A stretch of 64,000 nt of DNA from Felis catus (taxonomy: Eukaryota): assembly GCF_018350175.1 (NCBI RefSeq), contig NC_058383.1, forward strand, positions 6,078,001-6,142,000, given 5' to 3'. A program made the position numbers and the translations under genes. The notes beneath the pieces were generated by a model. It was not told where the DNA came from, did not search any database, and was given only the letters and a program-made list of their open reading frames with translations. Numbering within the stretch: the first letter of the stretch is position 1; the number at the start of each line of letters is the position of its first letter. Of the stretch, positions 61,323-64,000 are shown piece after piece.

Positions 61323-61577
61323 CCTAGGGAAAGAAAGATATACAGTAAGGGGGAGAGGGGGACGTCTATTTATAAAAATCATGTTTAGAAGTTAATAGAT
61401 AAAATGGATATAAGTAAATTTTATTTTCCAAAAAGCAGAATGAATAGTATTCTGGGTTAATTAAAAAGTATTTAGTTTAATGTAGTTATTTAGGTAAGAT
61501 TTTCCATATAGATTGTGAGCCTGTGCCTTTAATAAGTTGACAGACCATGTGCTTCTTTTCATAGGCTGGGTGAACTC

Positions 61578-61601
61578 ATGGACCTGATACCTTTCTCTTG
61601 A
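61578..61601 (+). promoter_or_regulatory. Upstream ORF (MDLIPFS*) in the TRRAP 5' UTR part of exon 2 (exon starts 61565)
   Basis: ATG GAC CTG ATA CCT TTC TCT TGA, downstream of the acceptor cttttcatag|G. Translation is not shown by the sequence. Confidence 0.6.
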
Positions 61602-61625
61602 GAAACCAACCGGCTGAAAAAAAAA

Positions 61626-61725
61626 ATGGCATTTGTTGCAACACAAGGGGCCACGGTGGTTGACCAAACCACTCTGATGAAAAAATACCTTCAGTTCGTG
61701 GCAGCTCTCACGGATGTAAATACAC
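61626..61725 (+). CDS. TRRAP: TRRAP first coding exon (MAFVATQGATVVDQTTLMKKYLQFVAALTDVNT)
   Basis: Recognised TRRAP N-terminus. Donor ACAC|gtgagt, 100 coding nt. Confidence 0.97.
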
Positions 61726-61850
61726 GTGAGTCAATTCTGTTATTAAGAAGCGCGTTATCGGGACTCATTCTGTTCCGTTCAAATGACATGCACCTGGAGA
61801 TAAATAGTAATGTCAGCTTTTATCCTAATTTTCCCATTCCCTGCCTTGTG

Positions 61851-61896
61851 GAGAAGCAAAGTGATGAGCGTTGCTGGCTGGAGCCCCAAAGAGGCA

Positions 61897-61951
<55 letters not shown>

Positions 61952-62085
61952 ATATCTGTGCCCTTGTCTGTGCATGCACACGTATGTCTGGGAGTTTGAG
62001 TGTGTGTGTGACTGGTGGTAGGGAACAAGTTAGGTGCCTTCTGTTGGACCATGACAGTCAAACTGATAAGATCTGATTGCTTCTC
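61851..62085 (+). ncRNA. SCARNA28: Box C/D scaRNA with GU-repeat hairpin, U2-Um47 guide (SCARNA28 / mgU2-47 orthologue); range includes the terminal stem
   Basis: C box GTGATGA 61861-61867. D box CTGA 62073-62076. Terminal stem GAGAAGCAA/TTGCTTCTC. Guide AAACTGATAAGA 62060-62071 is the reverse complement of U2 nt 44-55, and the D+5 rule gives U47. Internal (TG)n is closed by an AGGCAC/GTGCCT stem. Confidence 0.9.
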
Positions 62086-62165
62086 TTACCTCCCTAAATC
62101 TTACCATTTTCTGAAGACCCTTAACGTAATTTCAATTACCTGATGACTTGTTTTGTCATTTACAG

Positions 62166-62215
62166 CTGATGAAACAAAGCTAAAAATGATGCAAGAAGTT
62201 AGTGAAAATTTTGAG
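62166..62215 (+). CDS. TRRAP: TRRAP second coding exon (PDETKLKMMQEVSENFE); gene continues beyond the window
   Basis: tttacag|CT...GAG|gtatga, 50 nt, phase 1 to 0. Confidence 0.96.
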
Positions 62216-62619
62216 GTATGAGCTTAATTTATTTTTTTTCTTGTGAGCTGAATATTCACATGTGCTTTCCAACTGCTCCTCTGTCAATCTTACTAGTAAG
62301 TCAGAAATCGTTCTCTCTGTAAGTGTGACCTATTGCATTTCAGAACTGAAATCTGACCTGCACACAGTATTGTCCAACTTCCTCCCCTAGTGACCGTGAA
62401 CTTCGAGTGATGTTGAGGAATGTTGCTTTGGTTTTGGTGGTTGAACTTGTTTTCGTTTTGAGGCATATGCTTTCAGGATGCGCTCACACTTGTGTGGTAG
62501 ATTTGTTGTATTCACATAATAACAGGTGGAGTGAGAGCTGGAAGTCCGTTGTGGCTCTGTTACTTAATCACTTCCGTGACCTTGAGCAGTTTCTCTCTTC
62601 TGAGTCTCACATTCCCCGG

Positions 62620-63960
62620 TTTTATAGTGTCATGTTAGGTCTCTGTGCACTTTTCTTCAGTCTGTCTTGTCTGTGTTCTTTAGATTGGATAATTTCTACT
62701 GCCTGCCTTCAGGGTCACAGTGTTTTGTGTCCTCTCCAGTTTGCTGAGATGTTTTTCTCTTTAATTTTTTTTTTTTTTTAACGTTTATTTATTTTTGAGA
62801 CAGAGAGAGACAGAGTATGAACAGGGGAGGGTCAGAGAGAGAGGGAGACACAGAATCTGAAACAGGCTCCAGGCTCTGAGCTGTCAGCACAGAGCCCGAC
62901 GCGGGGCTCGAACTCACGGACCGTGAGATCATGACCTGAGCCGAAGTCGGACGCTTAACCGACCAAGCCACCCAGGCGCCCCAACTGCTGAGATTTTTTA
63001 AAATTTCAATTTATTTTTTATATTATTTCAGTTATTGTCCTTTCAGTTTTGGAACTTCCATTTGGTTCTTCTTTTTAGATTTTGGGTCTTCACGGAGATG
63101 ATCATCGTTCATTAATGCCCATTTTGTTCTTGGAATTCATTTATAATGACTGCATTCAAGTCTTGAGTGAATCTGGGGGTCACATGATCCTGCCTCTTCG
63201 CACGTCTGGGACTTTTTGAGTATGCTGAATATTGTATGTGAAATGTAGGGACTCTAGCTTCTTCCGTTCCCTCCCTCTGAAGAGCGCTGATATGTTGATT
63301 GTGGTAGGCAGTTCAGTGGCCGGCTGATCTCCTCGAACCTGCAGAGGCTTGGTTTTATGCTATGGTATGGAGGACCTGTGGGAAGGCTGAGATGGTCCCC
63401 AGTTCTCTCTGAGTCAGTGGAATTTAGCCTCCAAACTCCAGCTCCAGGTGATATCATCAGAAGTTGATTTGAGGCTTTGCTTGTTTAGAGGCTTTACTCT
63501 AGGGCAGGGAACTTGCTCAGCTGGGTGTCTGGGGTGAGAAAGAGGTGTTAAGAAAGTGCAGTGTGGCCAGGCCGGACCCACAACATCCTCCAGCACTGCT
63601 AGACCCCTGATGGGTCTTCGTCCCTCTTGGTGAGCTGCAGGTAGCGTTACCTCCTCTTACCCGGACGTGCAGCTCAGCCCTCAGTCAAGGTCTCAAGGAC
63701 TCAGAGAAGACCATCCCCTGTACTTCCTGTTTCTCTGGGGTTCTCCTTTGCAGGTTCTAGCCACCTGAACTGCCTGAAACTCTGGTGTTTGCTCCTCAGC
63801 TCAGCAGGATCATCATACCGTCCTTGGGCGCCAGCGTGCCGAGCCCGTCAGGGCATCCGTGCCTGAGCAGAGAGCTGTGGTGGCCATGTAACCTCCCCTC
63901 TGGAGATCGTGGCCCTTGTCCAGCACCTGAAAACTGTTCTCCCGTGTTTTGTCCAACTTT
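62620..63960 (-). mobile_element. Old L1 remnant in TRRAP intron, interrupted by a SINE
   Basis: 'gtgttctttagattggataatttctactgcc', 'ttcagttttggaacttccatttggttcttcttt' resemble old L1M sequence. Approximate. Confidence 0.45.
62765..62982 (-). mobile_element. SINEC_Fc
   Basis: Poly-T, canonical body ending 'ccaggcgcccc'. tgctgagat occurs on both flanks. Confidence 0.95.
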
Positions 63961-64000
63961 ATGGTTAGTGTGGTGCTGTTAGTTTCATAGGCAGAAGAGA

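Noticed and set aside
61726..62076. Extension of the TRRAP ORF into VCVCVC repeats, or a plain neutral (TG)n microsatellite
   Set aside because: Intronic read-through past the donor at 61725/61726. The TG tract is better explained as part of the scaRNA.

Overview
Mammalian genomic DNA from a feliform carnivore, almost certainly a cat, judged from the many SINEC_Fc-type Can-SINEs. The window holds the complete 8-exon TMEM130 gene on the minus strand (ATG 55410 to TGA 39137; spliced CDS 1308 nt = 435 aa; all introns GT-AG with consistent phases; polyA signal 38009-38014). It also holds the divergently transcribed 5' end of TRRAP on the plus strand (coding exons 61626-61725 and 62166-62215). Each gene has its own CpG island. 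The best hidden element is a box C/D small Cajal-body RNA in TRRAP intron 2 (~61851-62085), which looks at first like a plain (TG)n microsatellite. It has a C box, a D box, a 9-bp terminal stem, an internal GU-repeat hairpin and a perfect 12-nt guide predicting 2'-O-methylation of U2 snRNA U47. I recognise it as the orthologue of human SCARNA28 (mgU2-47), so the family is known but it may be unannotated in this species. Other points of interest: an in-frame uORF before the TRRAP ATG, a TMEM130 last-exon segment that is both coding sequence and a polypyrimidine tract, a CpG-intact 22-bp minisatellite, a strong CTCF site, RFX/AP-1/NPAS4 motif clusters, and nested or inverted SINE stacks. Bases 1-38 kb are intergenic, with repeats and candidate enhancers. 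Almost all ORF-track entries are spurious. Repeat subfamily names and human comparisons are from recall and were not computed.
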